Of a DNA stretch of 54,195 nucleotides, positions 30,729 to 38,742 are shown piece after piece; positions within the stretch are counted from its first letter, which is position 1; every line of letters starts with the position of its first letter. Source of the stretch: a virus (taxonomy: Duplodnaviria > Caudoviricetes); IMG/VR virus record IMGVR_UViG_3300020201_000001, positions 1 to 54,195 of that record. One strand, 5' to 3'. The position numbers and the translations under genes are program-made. The notes beneath the pieces are model-generated. The model was not told the DNA's origin. It saw nothing but the letters and a program-made list of their open reading frames with translations, and did no database searches.

Positions 30729-32602
30729 TGAATCAATACAATCTACAAACACTACTGGATAGAGTTGCAGATAATACACATAGCCCTAATGATATGAATT
30801 CGTTAGGGCTATTGTATTTTGCTAAGACACACTTTCCAGAGATATTCAGAAATGAATGGGCACCTCATCATTACGACATGTGTCAAATGTTCTTTGCATT
30901 GTTATCACCTAACCTAAAACGTAGAGACGAAAGATTAGCTTACTTCTTAGTACATAGAGAAGCAGCTAAAAGCACAGTAGGTACGTTCTTATTTCCTATC
31001 TTCAATATCTACTGCAAAGGTTTAAAGGTATGGACAAGGCATAACGCTTTAGGGTGGGAAGGTGCAGACATACATGATCATACGTATGAAGAAGTAACTA
31101 TAGGCGAAGACTTCATGGTAATAACGTCAGAAACGAGCGGACAGTCTGAAAGGTTCGTTAGTGATATAAAAGCTATAATAGAAGAAAGAGATGACTTAGC
31201 ATCTATCTATGGCGAAAAAAAAGGTAGTCTAATAGAGCTTGAACCTGGACAAAGACGTAAAGACCAAAAATGGACGCAAACAGCATTTCTTACATCAGAC
31301 AATACAGTTGTATTAGGTGCAGGTTCTGGACAACGTATTCGTGGACTAAAGATACGTGGACACAGACCTTCATTCATAATGATTGATGACATGTATTCTA
31401 GGCTTAATACTAAGACAATGCAAACAAGAGAGAACTTAAACAATTGGTTCTTTTCAGATCTACTTAAGAGTGCAGATAGTGAACGTGCTAAGATATTATG
31501 GTTGGGTACAATGGTACACCCTGATACAGTAGTTAAACGTTTCAGACAGACCACAGACTGGCATGGCATTGAACGTCCTATTATTTCGATAGATGAATTG
31601 CAAGTAGGTTTACAGAACTGCTTAGTCAATGGTGAGCCTGACAAACCATTGTGTAATACTTGGCAAAAAACAATGACTACATTATCATGGCCCGATAGAC
31701 ACACTTTGTATGACATACTAAAACTATACACAAACGATGCTTTGTTAGGACAACTGAATTACTTCTACCAAGAGTATATGAATGAATCATTAGCACCAGA
31801 GAACAAGCTAATTGATCATGAAGCATTTGTACGTACTAATATCACCTACGAAGAGGAAGGAGGTAAAAGCTATGTAACGTTCTTCTACGAGCATATAGAA
31901 TGGCGTGGTGAAGTTCTATTAAGCTTAGCATGTGACCCAGCGGCAAGTGCAAGTGAGAGAGCAGATGATACTGTGATTATGGTAGGTGGTTATGCACGTT
32001 GCTTCCCAAGAGCAGTAGGTACACCATACGAGTTACAAGAATTAGGTATGCCTAATGGACGTATATTCCCTATCCTACTACATATTGAAGGTGGTAAGTA
32101 TTCAACTTATGACTACAATGAAATGCCAGGTATATGTGAAGCTATCTTAGCTTTAGATAAGAGATACAAATTAGACATGATTAAGATCGAAGCTAACGGT
32201 CAACAAGCACAGATAGAACGTGAGGTACGTCGAAGTATGCTTGAAGGTATTTACAAGCAAGGAGAGGTGGTTAAAAGCTCATTTAGAAGCACACCAGTAT
32301 GGGCAGAGTATCAAACAAGTGATAAAAAAGAAAGAATTATAACCACAGTGTTGTCAATCGTACAAGCACACAAAGTATTTATTTGCAATGACAACAAGCA
32401 CATAGACAAACTATACCTACAGTTGATAGCTATTAGTTTAGCTGATCATGATGATTACGCAGATGCTTTAGCAATGGTATTTAAAGGTGCTAGCATACCA
32501 GCGGTCTATAACTTACACGTTTGGCAGAACGGAGAAGACCAAGTAGATAGAGTAGAACAATTAAAAGAAATTTATGGTATGGATTATTGGATGTACTTAT
32601 GA
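30728..32602 (+). CDS. terL: Terminase large subunit
   Basis: HREAAKST Walker A, IRG...RPSFIMIDD Walker B, LGT coupling motif, QEYMN, and RNase H-like CDPA, IEAN, HDDYADALA. Confidence 0.93.
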   Translation: MNQYNLQTLLDRVADNTHSPNDMNSLGLLYFAKTHFPEIFRNEWAPHHYDMCQMFFALLSPNLKRRDERLAYFLVHREAAKSTVGTFLFPIFNIYCKGLKVWTRHNALGWEGADIHDHTYEEVTIGEDFMVITSETSGQSERFVSDIKAIIEERDDLASIYGEKKGSLIELEPGQRRKDQKWTQTAFLTSDNTVVLGAGSGQRIRGLKIRGHRPSFIMIDDMYSRLNTKTMQTRENLNNWFFSDLLKSADSERAKILWLGTMVHPDTVVKRFRQTTDWHGIERPIISIDELQVGLQNCLVNGEPDKPLCNTWQKTMTTLSWPDRHTLYDILKLYTNDALLGQLNYFYQEYMNESLAPENKLIDHEAFVRTNITYEEEGGKSYVTFFYEHIEWRGEVLLSLACDPAASASERADDTVIMVGGYARCFPRAVGTPYELQELGMPNGRIFPILLHIEGGKYSTYDYNEMPGICEAILALDKRYKLDMIKIEANGQQAQIEREVRRSMLEGIYKQGEVVKSSFRSTPVWAEYQTSDKKERIITTVLSIVQAHKVFICNDNKHIDKLYLQLIAISLADHDDYADALAMVFKGASIPAVYNLHVWQNGEDQVDRVEQLKEIYGMDYWMYL

Positions 32603-33345
32603 GATTAGTTAAATGTATTCATAGAGGACAGGAACTAACGTCCAGGTGCTATGATAACCACAAAGACTTTATGAAAGATGCATATGTATATAACTATACG
32701 CTATGCGAGAAACGTACACCATGTGAAGGTGCTTATATACTCACCGACAATGGTTGGTATGTGCCTATACTGAAGGTAGTGATATTTGATAACCTAAAGA
32801 ATAACAAGAGCATGATTAGGTTCTATATCCCAAGGAGAGTATATACATTCTTCATTAACCACAATGATAAAGTAAGGCATAGTGCTTTTGTATTCTATCC
32901 AGATCAGAAGGTTTTATACAAGCTACCTAAAGCCCGTTATGTAGTTATTGCTATGTTAATGGAACAAGGTATGCCTATCTTTGAAGCAGTAGCGTATGCA
33001 TTCCCTAAGCACTCCGAGAAGAATAACCTAAGAGTAGTTACTACACTTATGAATGAAGAATCAATATTGAATTTAATTAAAGGACAAGCAATGAGTAGAC
33101 TTAAAGATGAAATGCTTAACCAAGGCATTAGTGCTGAATGGTATGTGAAACAATTGAAAGACATACTATCGGATACAAAGAGTAATCCTAACTTAAAGAA
33201 ATATGCTTTAGAGCAAATAGGTAGGACAATAGAACAAGAAGAAAAAAGAAATATTAATTATGTTGTAGGCTTACAGTTAGAAGCTAATGCACCTAAACAG
33301 TTACAGTCTAACCCACCACTTATGCTTGAAAAAAAAGAGAACTAA
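32599..33345 (+). CDS. Hypothetical protein, possibly terminase small subunit
   Basis: ATGA-coupled to terL; helical C-terminal half; function inferred from position only. Confidence 0.4.
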   Translation: MRLVKCIHRGQELTSRCYDNHKDFMKDAYVYNYTLCEKRTPCEGAYILTDNGWYVPILKVVIFDNLKNNKSMIRFYIPRRVYTFFINHNDKVRHSAFVFYPDQKVLYKLPKARYVVIAMLMEQGMPIFEAVAYAFPKHSEKNNLRVVTTLMNEESILNLIKGQAMSRLKDEMLNQGISAEWYVKQLKDILSDTKSNPNLKKYALEQIGRTIEQEEKRNINYVVGLQLEANAPKQLQSNPPLMLEKKEN

Positions 33346-33372
33346 ATACCTTATGTAGGCATTAGTTCTCTT
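33329..33372 (-). terminator. Terminator at the convergence of the late and leftward operons
   Basis: AAGAGAACTAA/TTAGTTCTCTT inverted repeat preceded by an A-run (U-tract on the minus strand). Confidence 0.65.
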
Positions 33373-33491
33373 ATAACAGTTTCTAAATATTTTATGTAAT
33401 CATACACGTCTTGTGTAGCCCTGCAATCTATACCACCACATTTATCAATAGGATAAACTGGTGGTATGATTTTAATGTCATTTATCTGCAT
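33351..33491 (-). CDS. 46-aa hypothetical protein (MQINDIKIIPPVYP...), not in the ORF track
   Basis: Translated by hand; overlaps the upstream gene end and fills the gap to the terminator. Confidence 0.45.
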   Translation of the reverse strand: MQINDIKIIPPVYPIDKCGGIDCRATQDVYDYIKYLETVIRELMPT

Positions 33492-33762
33492 ATCGTGACG
33501 TTAGCCAAAACTTCAAGGTCTTACGACCAAAGTATTCTATTAGTGCGTCAAATCCACCAGCATGAAAAAGCAATCCATCATCATAACTCTGCCAAGTCCA
33601 ACTTAATTTCTGGCATAGTATATCTTCATCAGGTGAGTAAATTAACACCCATTTCGATTGCATCTCATCCGTCCAGTCTACTTCCCAATTCGCACGTGCG
33701 TTTATTGAGCGTATCATAGCTCTAACTTCTTCATCCAATGCTTTCCATATCAAGTTACTCAT
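33478..33762 (-). CDS. FKFWLT-family paralog 1 (core module only)
   Basis: NWEVDWTDEMQSKW and LKFWLT motifs. Confidence 0.85.
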   Translation of the reverse strand: MSNLIWKALDEEVRAMIRSINARANWEVDWTDEMQSKWVLIYSPDEDILCQKLSWTWQSYDDGLLFHAGGFDALIEYFGRKTLKFWLTSRYADK

Positions 33763-34196
33763 AGTGTTCCCTCTTTAGTCAGCCAAAATTTGAACTCCTC
33801 TTGAGTGTAAAGTGTGCGTAGTATCTGTATTGTGTCGTAAGAGAAATACAAACTGTTGTCTTGTGATTGAAACCAGCTGGATACAATAACATCAAGGCAA
33901 CCAGCCCTTCTATTCCAAACTAAATAACATTTCCCTTGCTCATTATCATGCCAGTCTACCACCCAATTATCTTCTTTGCGAAGGATTGCAATTGAACGTA
34001 GGATTTTTGTATTTAATAAACGCCATTTATATTCCAAATCTGCTTCTTGTTTTGTTGCATAGTAATTGCCAGAATTGAAGCGAGCTATATCAGAATCATA
34101 ATTATTCCAAATACTTCTCCGCACCACATCAAGTATAGTCCAATACTTTGTGCCATCTTCAGGATATACTAATTCTTCGTCTGTTAATTTACTCAT
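33759..34196 (-). CDS. FKFWLT-family paralog 2
   Basis: VYP...RFNSGNYYAT, NWVVDW and EEFKFWLTKE motifs. Confidence 0.88.
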   Translation of the reverse strand: MSKLTDEELVYPEDGTKYWTILDVVRRSIWNNYDSDIARFNSGNYYATKQEADLEYKWRLLNTKILRSIAILRKEDNWVVDWHDNEQGKCYLVWNRRAGCLDVIVSSWFQSQDNSLYFSYDTIQILRTLYTQEEFKFWLTKEGTL

Positions 34197-34483
34197 AGTT
34201 CTCTCTTCCTAGTTATCCAAAATCTCAAGTTTGCATGACCAACGTATCCTCTTAGTTTTTCAAATCCACCTTCATAAAAATACAATGCATCATCATGATT
34301 TTGACTGGACCAACTCAATTGCTGAATTAGTTTACTCTCATCATGTGAGTAACATACGTTGCATTTTGTTTGCGTTCCATCTGTCCAGTCTATTTTCCAA
34401 TTCGCATTTCTGTTTAGTATACGTATATTTTCCCGTATTTCTTTATCCAATTCTTCCCATGTCCAATCCCAAATACTTATCAT
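34193..34483 (-). CDS. FKFWLT-family paralog 3 (core module only)
   Basis: NWKIDWTDGTQTK and LRFWIT motifs; closest to paralog 1. Confidence 0.85.
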   Translation of the reverse strand: MISIWDWTWEELDKEIRENIRILNRNANWKIDWTDGTQTKCNVCYSHDESKLIQQLSWSSQNHDDALYFYEGGFEKLRGYVGHANLRFWITRKREL

Positions 34484-34719
34484 TACGCTTCCTCATAATC
34501 ATGTAAGAAACTACATAACACTTCATGTATCTCAAGTTGAGCTGCATAAGCATCTTTCTCATTACTGAATACATAAGCTTCTCCTAAACATTCTTTCAAT
34601 GCAAACAATAACTGACTTTCATCTTCTACTGTAATTATTGCATAATCTCGTGTTATCACATATAACACACCTACTTGTTCTAACTTGACAAGCCATTGGT
34701 TAAATTTACTTAAACTCAT
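34483..34719 (-). CDS. Acidic hypothetical protein
   Basis: AGGA RBS; coupled to the downstream gene. Confidence 0.65.
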   Translation of the reverse strand: MSLSKFNQWLVKLEQVGVLYVITRDYAIITVEDESQLLFALKECLGEAYVFSNEKDAYAAQLEIHEVLCSFLHDYEEA

Positions 34720-34738
34720 TTCATTATCCTATTATTAT

Positions 34739-34768
34739 AAAAAAAGGTAAGCTACTTGCCTACCTTTT
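34739..34768 (-). terminator. Intrinsic terminator
   Basis: Minus strand AGGTAGGC-aagta-GCTTACCT followed by a T-run. Confidence 0.75.
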
Positions 34769-34776
34769 ATTCACTC

Positions 34777-35073
34777 TTAACTAATCAAGCTCAACCATTC
34801 AGGTGCTTCACTTAAACTAATTGCATCAACTATCTCTCCAGTCGCCTGTATCGTATGTTTCTTCACTGTCACTAATCTACCTGCAAATGTCTTTCCATCA
34901 TACTTAGATAGAAAGTTATATGCAGTCTGTCTGTTTGGATCTATCTCTAACTGTCTTTGAGATAAACTGATTGAACATTCTGTATTGATCTTATTCATAT
35001 ACAATGCTCCAGTTGATAACATACTGTCATATACAACTGTTTCTTCTGCCAATGTTAAATTACTCTTAGCCAT
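34777..35073 (-). CDS. Early hypothetical protein, paralog of 35819-36121
   Basis: Shares the S-G-L-x-x-N-K-x-N, AYxFL, TFAG and HT motifs and a terminal PxW; purine-rich RBS before ATG 35073. Confidence 0.8.
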   Translation of the reverse strand: MAKSNLTLAEETVVYDSMLSTGALYMNKINTECSISLSQRQLEIDPNRQTAYNFLSKYDGKTFAGRLVTVKKHTIQATGEIVDAISLSEAPEWLSLIS

Positions 35074-35120
35074 AACTCTTCCCTTAAATAAATACTTGCT
35101 ATCATACATCTTATGATAAT

Positions 35121-35170
35121 CAAATAAAAGAAAAGATCCCAGACACTACCACAAAAGCAAAGAGCGAAGC
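35121..35170 (-). promoter_or_regulatory. Leftward promoter-like element, inverted copy of 36716-36767
   Basis: Minus strand GCTTCGCTCTTTG-N12-TGTCTGGGATCTTTTCTTTTATTTG. Confidence 0.6.
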
Positions 35171-35244
35171 AGACCCACGTATACCTATTTGCCCCATTAA
35201 AGCCCCTCCCTTGCATTATTAACCCTAACCTATACATTTGTATC

Positions 35245-35495
35245 AAATATATACTTTATTCTGTCTCACGCTTGTTATATCACTACACTATACTCTCTAT
35301 ACACATACATACATATATTAATTATATATATATCATATACTTATATACTTATATAGTTATACTTATATATATATATATTATTATTATTATATATACTTAC
35401 TTATATACTTACTTACTTACTTATTCATATACTTATTAACATATATAAATATAATTAGTATATATAGATAATAATGATTATTAAAGAATATCAAA
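35245..35495. repeat. Very AT-rich low-complexity tract with TACTTA/TATA iterations; candidate DNA-unwinding element
   Basis: Non-coding, almost no G on the plus strand, repeated tatactta/tact units. Confidence 0.7.
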
Positions 35496-35519
35496 GTGCG
35501 TGCGTGCGTGCGTGCGTGC
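35496..35519. repeat. (GTGC)6 microsatellite
   Basis: Six perfect copies. Confidence 0.95.
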
Positions 35520-35557
35520 AATAATATTTAATACAAGATTCGGTGTTTATATCCATG

Positions 35558-35577
35558 TTATGCACAAGTTATCAACA
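35558..35577 (+). promoter_or_regulatory. Two tandem DnaA-box-like 9-mers
   Basis: TTATGCACA (fits TTWTNCACA) and TTATCAACA (one mismatch), 11 bp apart, next to the AT-rich tract. Confidence 0.45.
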
Positions 35578-35603
35578 CAACTAACCATCTAACCAAACAA
35601 TAC

Positions 35604-35632
35604 AAAAAAAGAGTAGCATTTCTGCCACTCTT
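35604..35632 (-). terminator. Intrinsic terminator
   Basis: Minus strand AGAGTGGCA-gaaa-TGCTACTCT followed by a T-run. Confidence 0.75.
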
Positions 35633-35634
35633 AG

Positions 35635-35739
35635 TTATTTAGATAATCCTTCTGCTACAATTATAGTAAGCAAGAAGAATATATACGATACACAAAACAG
35701 TAAGAAACCTAATTGTGCTTTGCTGAAATACTTTAACAT
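35635..35739 (-). CDS. 34-aa single-pass membrane peptide, not in the ORF track
   Basis: MLKYFSKAQLGFLLFCVSYIFFLLTIIVAEGLSK; GGAG RBS; terminator directly after the stop. Confidence 0.65.
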   Translation of the reverse strand: MLKYFSKAQLGFLLFCVSYIFFLLTIIVAEGLSK

Positions 35740-35775
35740 AATAACTCCATGAATAGAGATGAATAAAAACTTATC

Positions 35776-35813
35776 AAAAAAAAGAACAGATGCCAAAATG
35801 ACATCTGCTCTTT
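35776..35813 (-). terminator. Intrinsic terminator
   Basis: Minus strand AGAGCAGATGTCA-ttt-TGGCATCTGTTCT followed by a T-run. Confidence 0.8.
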
Positions 35814-35818
35814 AATAA

Positions 35819-36121
35819 TTATAAGCCTGCTGCTATCATCCAGTCAGGTTTAAAATCTGGATTGATTAACACAACTGCTTCACACTCTTCTTTAGTACTA
35901 TAGACAGTATGAGTTTTCTTAGTGACTGTATAGCCAGCAAAAGTTTCAAAACTACATAGGAAATCATAGGCTTTTTGCTTGCCAGGATTAAATTGCAAAG
36001 CAGGTTTGCTTAATGCAATGTACAGTTCGCCATTCGATTTGTTTTCGTTTAGCGTGCCGCTGCTTAATAACAACTGCAATACTTCTTCTTGTGATTTAGA
36101 CACAACTTGAGACTTAGACAT
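35819..36121 (-). CDS. Early hypothetical protein, paralog of 34777-35073
   Basis: GGAG RBS before ATG 36121; aligns along its length with the paralog. Confidence 0.8.
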   Translation of the reverse strand: MSKSQVVSKSQEEVLQLLLSSGTLNENKSNGELYIALSKPALQFNPGKQKAYDFLCSFETFAGYTVTKKTHTVYSTKEECEAVVLINPDFKPDWMIAAGL

Positions 36122-36172
36122 AAAAACTCCGTAAATAAATAAATAATGGAGCAACGATACATTCGCTACTCC

Positions 36173-36290
36173 CAATAAACAGATAGTAAGAGACCAGACA
36201 TTTGCATAGGTTCTATTCTATCAATAAACAGTAAAGATCCCAGACATTAGGATACTCTCTATATTCAATGAATAGCAAAGAGTCCAAACA
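36173..36290 (-). repeat. Three degenerate copies (about 45-bp period) of the TGTYTGG...TCTT...TTG motif
   Basis: Copies at 36173-36200, 36222-36246 and 36266-36290; related to 35121-35145 and 36742-36767. Confidence 0.65.
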
Positions 36291-36323
36291 ATAGCCCCCT
36301 CTATAGCGATAGCACGGGGTAGC

Positions 36324-36441
36324 ACGAGTATGTCATATTACGAAGTAATATGGCATACGAAGTGGCATCGCTATACAGTTGTACGTAGTGGGATGCACAA
36401 CGAGTACGTCATATTGCGAAGCAATATGGCTTACGAAGTGG
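36324..36441 (+). repeat. Two 42-bp hairpin repeats with c-GAA-g triloops
   Basis: 36324-36365 and 36400-36441 differ at 4 positions, two of them compensatory (ac-GAA-gt versus gc-GAA-gc). Confidence 0.85.
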
Positions 36442-36713
36442 GCTATGTGGTATAACGTAATACTGCCACTCCACTCCACATATCATTTTTAAATAGACCC
36501 TCCCTGATGAAGGACCCCCCCTACATAAACTTTTTTGTAAAAGTTCTCTGTGTACCCCCGCCAACATTTTGTGCTATTTTTTTTACATTATTTTTTAACG
36601 AAGGTATATGACTATGAGTAGGCAATAACATTCTAAGGCATTTTAAAGCCCGTGACAAGGTTTTAAATAGTTATGCAACAGTTTGTATGGCTTAGGATTA
36701 GGGGGTTCGTCTT

Positions 36714-36767
36714 GAGCTTCGCTCTTTGGGTTTGGTTTGTTTGTCTTGGGTTCTTTTCTTATTTTTG
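36714..36767 (+). promoter_or_regulatory. Rightward promoter region: template-strand GAGC-GAA-GCTC hairpin plus a Bacteroidota-type TTTG-N20-TAnnTTTG
   Basis: GAGCTTCGCTC at 36714-36724, TTTG at 36736-36739 and TATTTTTG at 36760-36767, upstream of the first rightward gene. Confidence 0.6.
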
Positions 36768-36799
36768 TAATTACACAAACTAATAGGAGTAAAAATGTA

Positions 36800-37372
36800 A
36801 TGAAGAAAGAACTAACGTTAACCGAGATAGTGGAGTTGTATTTGGCAAGCGGTGATACAGAAGAGTTTATGGCAAGGGTGAAGGATAGGATGAATGAGCC
36901 TGAACTTGAGCCTGAACCAGAATCTATACCTGAGCCTATTAATTATAGGGCAATGGTATATCCTAAAGTTGAGACACAGTATTGGTATATAGACCGTCGT
37001 AAAATTAAAGATTGTTTTTGGCTGAATGACGATGTTGACCAAGACCGCTTTCAAGACGGGAATTACTTTACCTCATGGAGCAAAGCAGAATTAGAATCTG
37101 ACTGGAGAATCTGGAACACACGAATTCTTAATACAATCGCTATACTAAACAAAGAAGATAATAATTGGGTGGCGGATTGGACAGATATAAGGCAAAATAA
37201 ATATACTCTTTGTTTATACGATGGCATTGATGCGTTTATTGCTGGAGTTTATAGTTCTTCACAATGTTGGAATAGCAATTGTTATTTGTCAGTTAAAGGG
37301 AAAGATAAACTACTTACGCTATACACACACACTGAACTCAAATTTTGGCTAACAAAGGAGAAATCACAATGA
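36800..37372 (+). CDS. FKFWLT-family paralog 4
   Basis: AGGAG RBS; NDRMNEP-type N module, VYP/GNYF module and core module. Confidence 0.88.
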   Translation: MKKELTLTEIVELYLASGDTEEFMARVKDRMNEPELEPEPESIPEPINYRAMVYPKVETQYWYIDRRKIKDCFWLNDDVDQDRFQDGNYFTSWSKAELESDWRIWNTRILNTIAILNKEDNNWVADWTDIRQNKYTLCLYDGIDAFIAGVYSSSQCWNSNCYLSVKGKDKLLTLYTHTELKFWLTKEKSQ

Positions 37373-37896
37373 AACAATTTACAAAAGAAGAATTATGCGA
37401 AATGATGTTATCGGGTGTTGATAATTTGCTTGCTATGATTAATGATAGAATGAATGAGCCTGAAGTAATTGCCCATAAAGCATTAGTATACCCTGAAAAT
37501 TGTACAGAGTATTGGTATCTAAACAGTTACATAGTTCAGAAAAGTTCTTGGGATAATGATGATATGGACGCAGTCCGTTTCGAGATAGGCAATTACTTTG
37601 CAACAGAAAAAGAAGCTGATGCAGAATGGGAATGGAGATTGCTGAACACGAAAATTCTAAACACAATTGCACTGTTAAACAAAGAAGAAAATTGGGTGGC
37701 GGATTTTAGTGACGGCAAGCAAGTCAAATGGTATTTATCTTACAGTGAGGATAATGGCAATGTTGAGAATGGTTGCTGTTATAGCAAACACTCCCACGAA
37801 AAGAATAAGTATTTTTCTCATAATGTCTGCATAAAATTACTTACTATTTACACAGAAGAAGAGTTCAAATTCTGGTTAACAAGGGAAAAGGCATAA
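37369..37896 (+). CDS. FKFWLT-family paralog 5
   Basis: All three modules; ATGA-coupled. Confidence 0.88.
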   Translation: MKQFTKEELCEMMLSGVDNLLAMINDRMNEPEVIAHKALVYPENCTEYWYLNSYIVQKSSWDNDDMDAVRFEIGNYFATEKEADAEWEWRLLNTKILNTIALLNKEENWVADFSDGKQVKWYLSYSEDNGNVENGCCYSKHSHEKNKYFSHNVCIKLLTIYTEEEFKFWLTREKA

Positions 37897-38333
37897 TGAA
37901 AAAGAAAAAAACGAATTACAAAAAATTAGTTTATCCGAAAGAACTGACAAAGTATTATTATGTAGATGGCGGTGCTTTTAGTGCCGGTTGGGACAATCAG
38001 ACTATAGACAAAGACCGTTTCAATTCGGGTAATTATTTCTCCACGTGGGAAGAAGCAAAATTAGAAAATGACTGGCAAAAGTTGAATACGAAAATTCTAC
38101 GTTCAATTGCAGACATTAATAAAGAAGAAGGTTGGGTGGCAGACTGGAGTGACTACCACCAAAGAAAATGGTATATATGTTTAGAGGCTTATCGTTGGCA
38201 ACCTGACACCGATTGCGTAAGTAGGCACCGACATTACGAAACTAATCGTTATTTATCAGACGATGGGATTGATGAACTATGGGAACTATACACAACAGAA
38301 GAGTTCAAATTTTGGTTAATTAAGGAGAAATAA
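37896..38333 (+). CDS. FKFWLT-family paralog 6
   Basis: VYP/GNYF and core modules. Confidence 0.88.
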   Translation: MKKKKTNYKKLVYPKELTKYYYVDGGAFSAGWDNQTIDKDRFNSGNYFSTWEEAKLENDWQKLNTKILRSIADINKEEGWVADWSDYHQRKWYICLEAYRWQPDTDCVSRHRHYETNRYLSDDGIDELWELYTTEEFKFWLIKEK

Positions 38334-38334
38334 A

Positions 38335-38742
38335 ATGAAACAATTTACAAGAGAAGAATTGTACTATTTGAGAATGATAAATGTTGATGAAGCACTTGTC
38401 ATAATGAATGAACGAGTTACAAAACCAGTTGAATACATTGAACGAGGTGACGATGATAGAGGTGTACGAGCTCGTGCTTGGTATGAGATAAACATAGAAA
38501 TACTTAATTCAATCGCTATGGGTAACGAACAAGACAATTGGGTTATTGATTGGAAAAATGACGCACAACCCAAACATTATATGTATTGGGATTGGAAAAC
38601 AGACAAACTTGGCAGGCTTAATGACTGTACATTCCAGTCACGTAGCAACGACCTTTATTTTTCTGCGGATACATACGACAAGGTAACAAAGCTACATGCA
38701 ATGGGAGAGTTCAAATTTTGGTTAACTGAAGGAAAAGGATAA
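38335..38742 (+). CDS. FKFWLT-family paralog 7
   Basis: MKQFTREEL N module and core module; lacks the GNYF module. Confidence 0.85.
   Translation: MKQFTREELYYLRMINVDEALVIMNERVTKPVEYIERGDDDRGVRARAWYEINIEILNSIAMGNEQDNWVIDWKNDAQPKHYMYWDWKTDKLGRLNDCTFQSRSNDLYFSADTYDKVTKLHAMGEFKFWLTEGKG

Noticed and set aside
1055-33164. Many minus-strand ORFs in the late region
   Set aside because: They are antisense shadows of long plus-strand genes with no recognisable motifs.
35055-35246. 63-aa minus-strand ORF
   Set aside because: It overlaps the promoter-like inverted repeat and has no clear RBS; more likely regulatory DNA.
36324-36441. Mini CRISPR array (42-bp repeat, 34-bp spacer)
   Set aside because: Only two copies with 4 differences, the spacer pairs with flanking sequence, and there is no cas operon. 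The Cas4-like nuclease is a common stand-alone phage exonuclease.
36504-36530. Hammerhead ribozyme core CTGATGA
   Set aside because: No GAAA after a stem II and no supporting stems.
33346-36800. Lysogeny switch (divergent repressor/cro with integrase)
   Set aside because: No integrase, repressor HTH or partition motifs were recognised in the leftward genes.
35110-36800. tRNA genes
   Set aside because: No cloverleaf with T-loop and D-loop consensus was found by eye; tRNAscan-SE would confirm.
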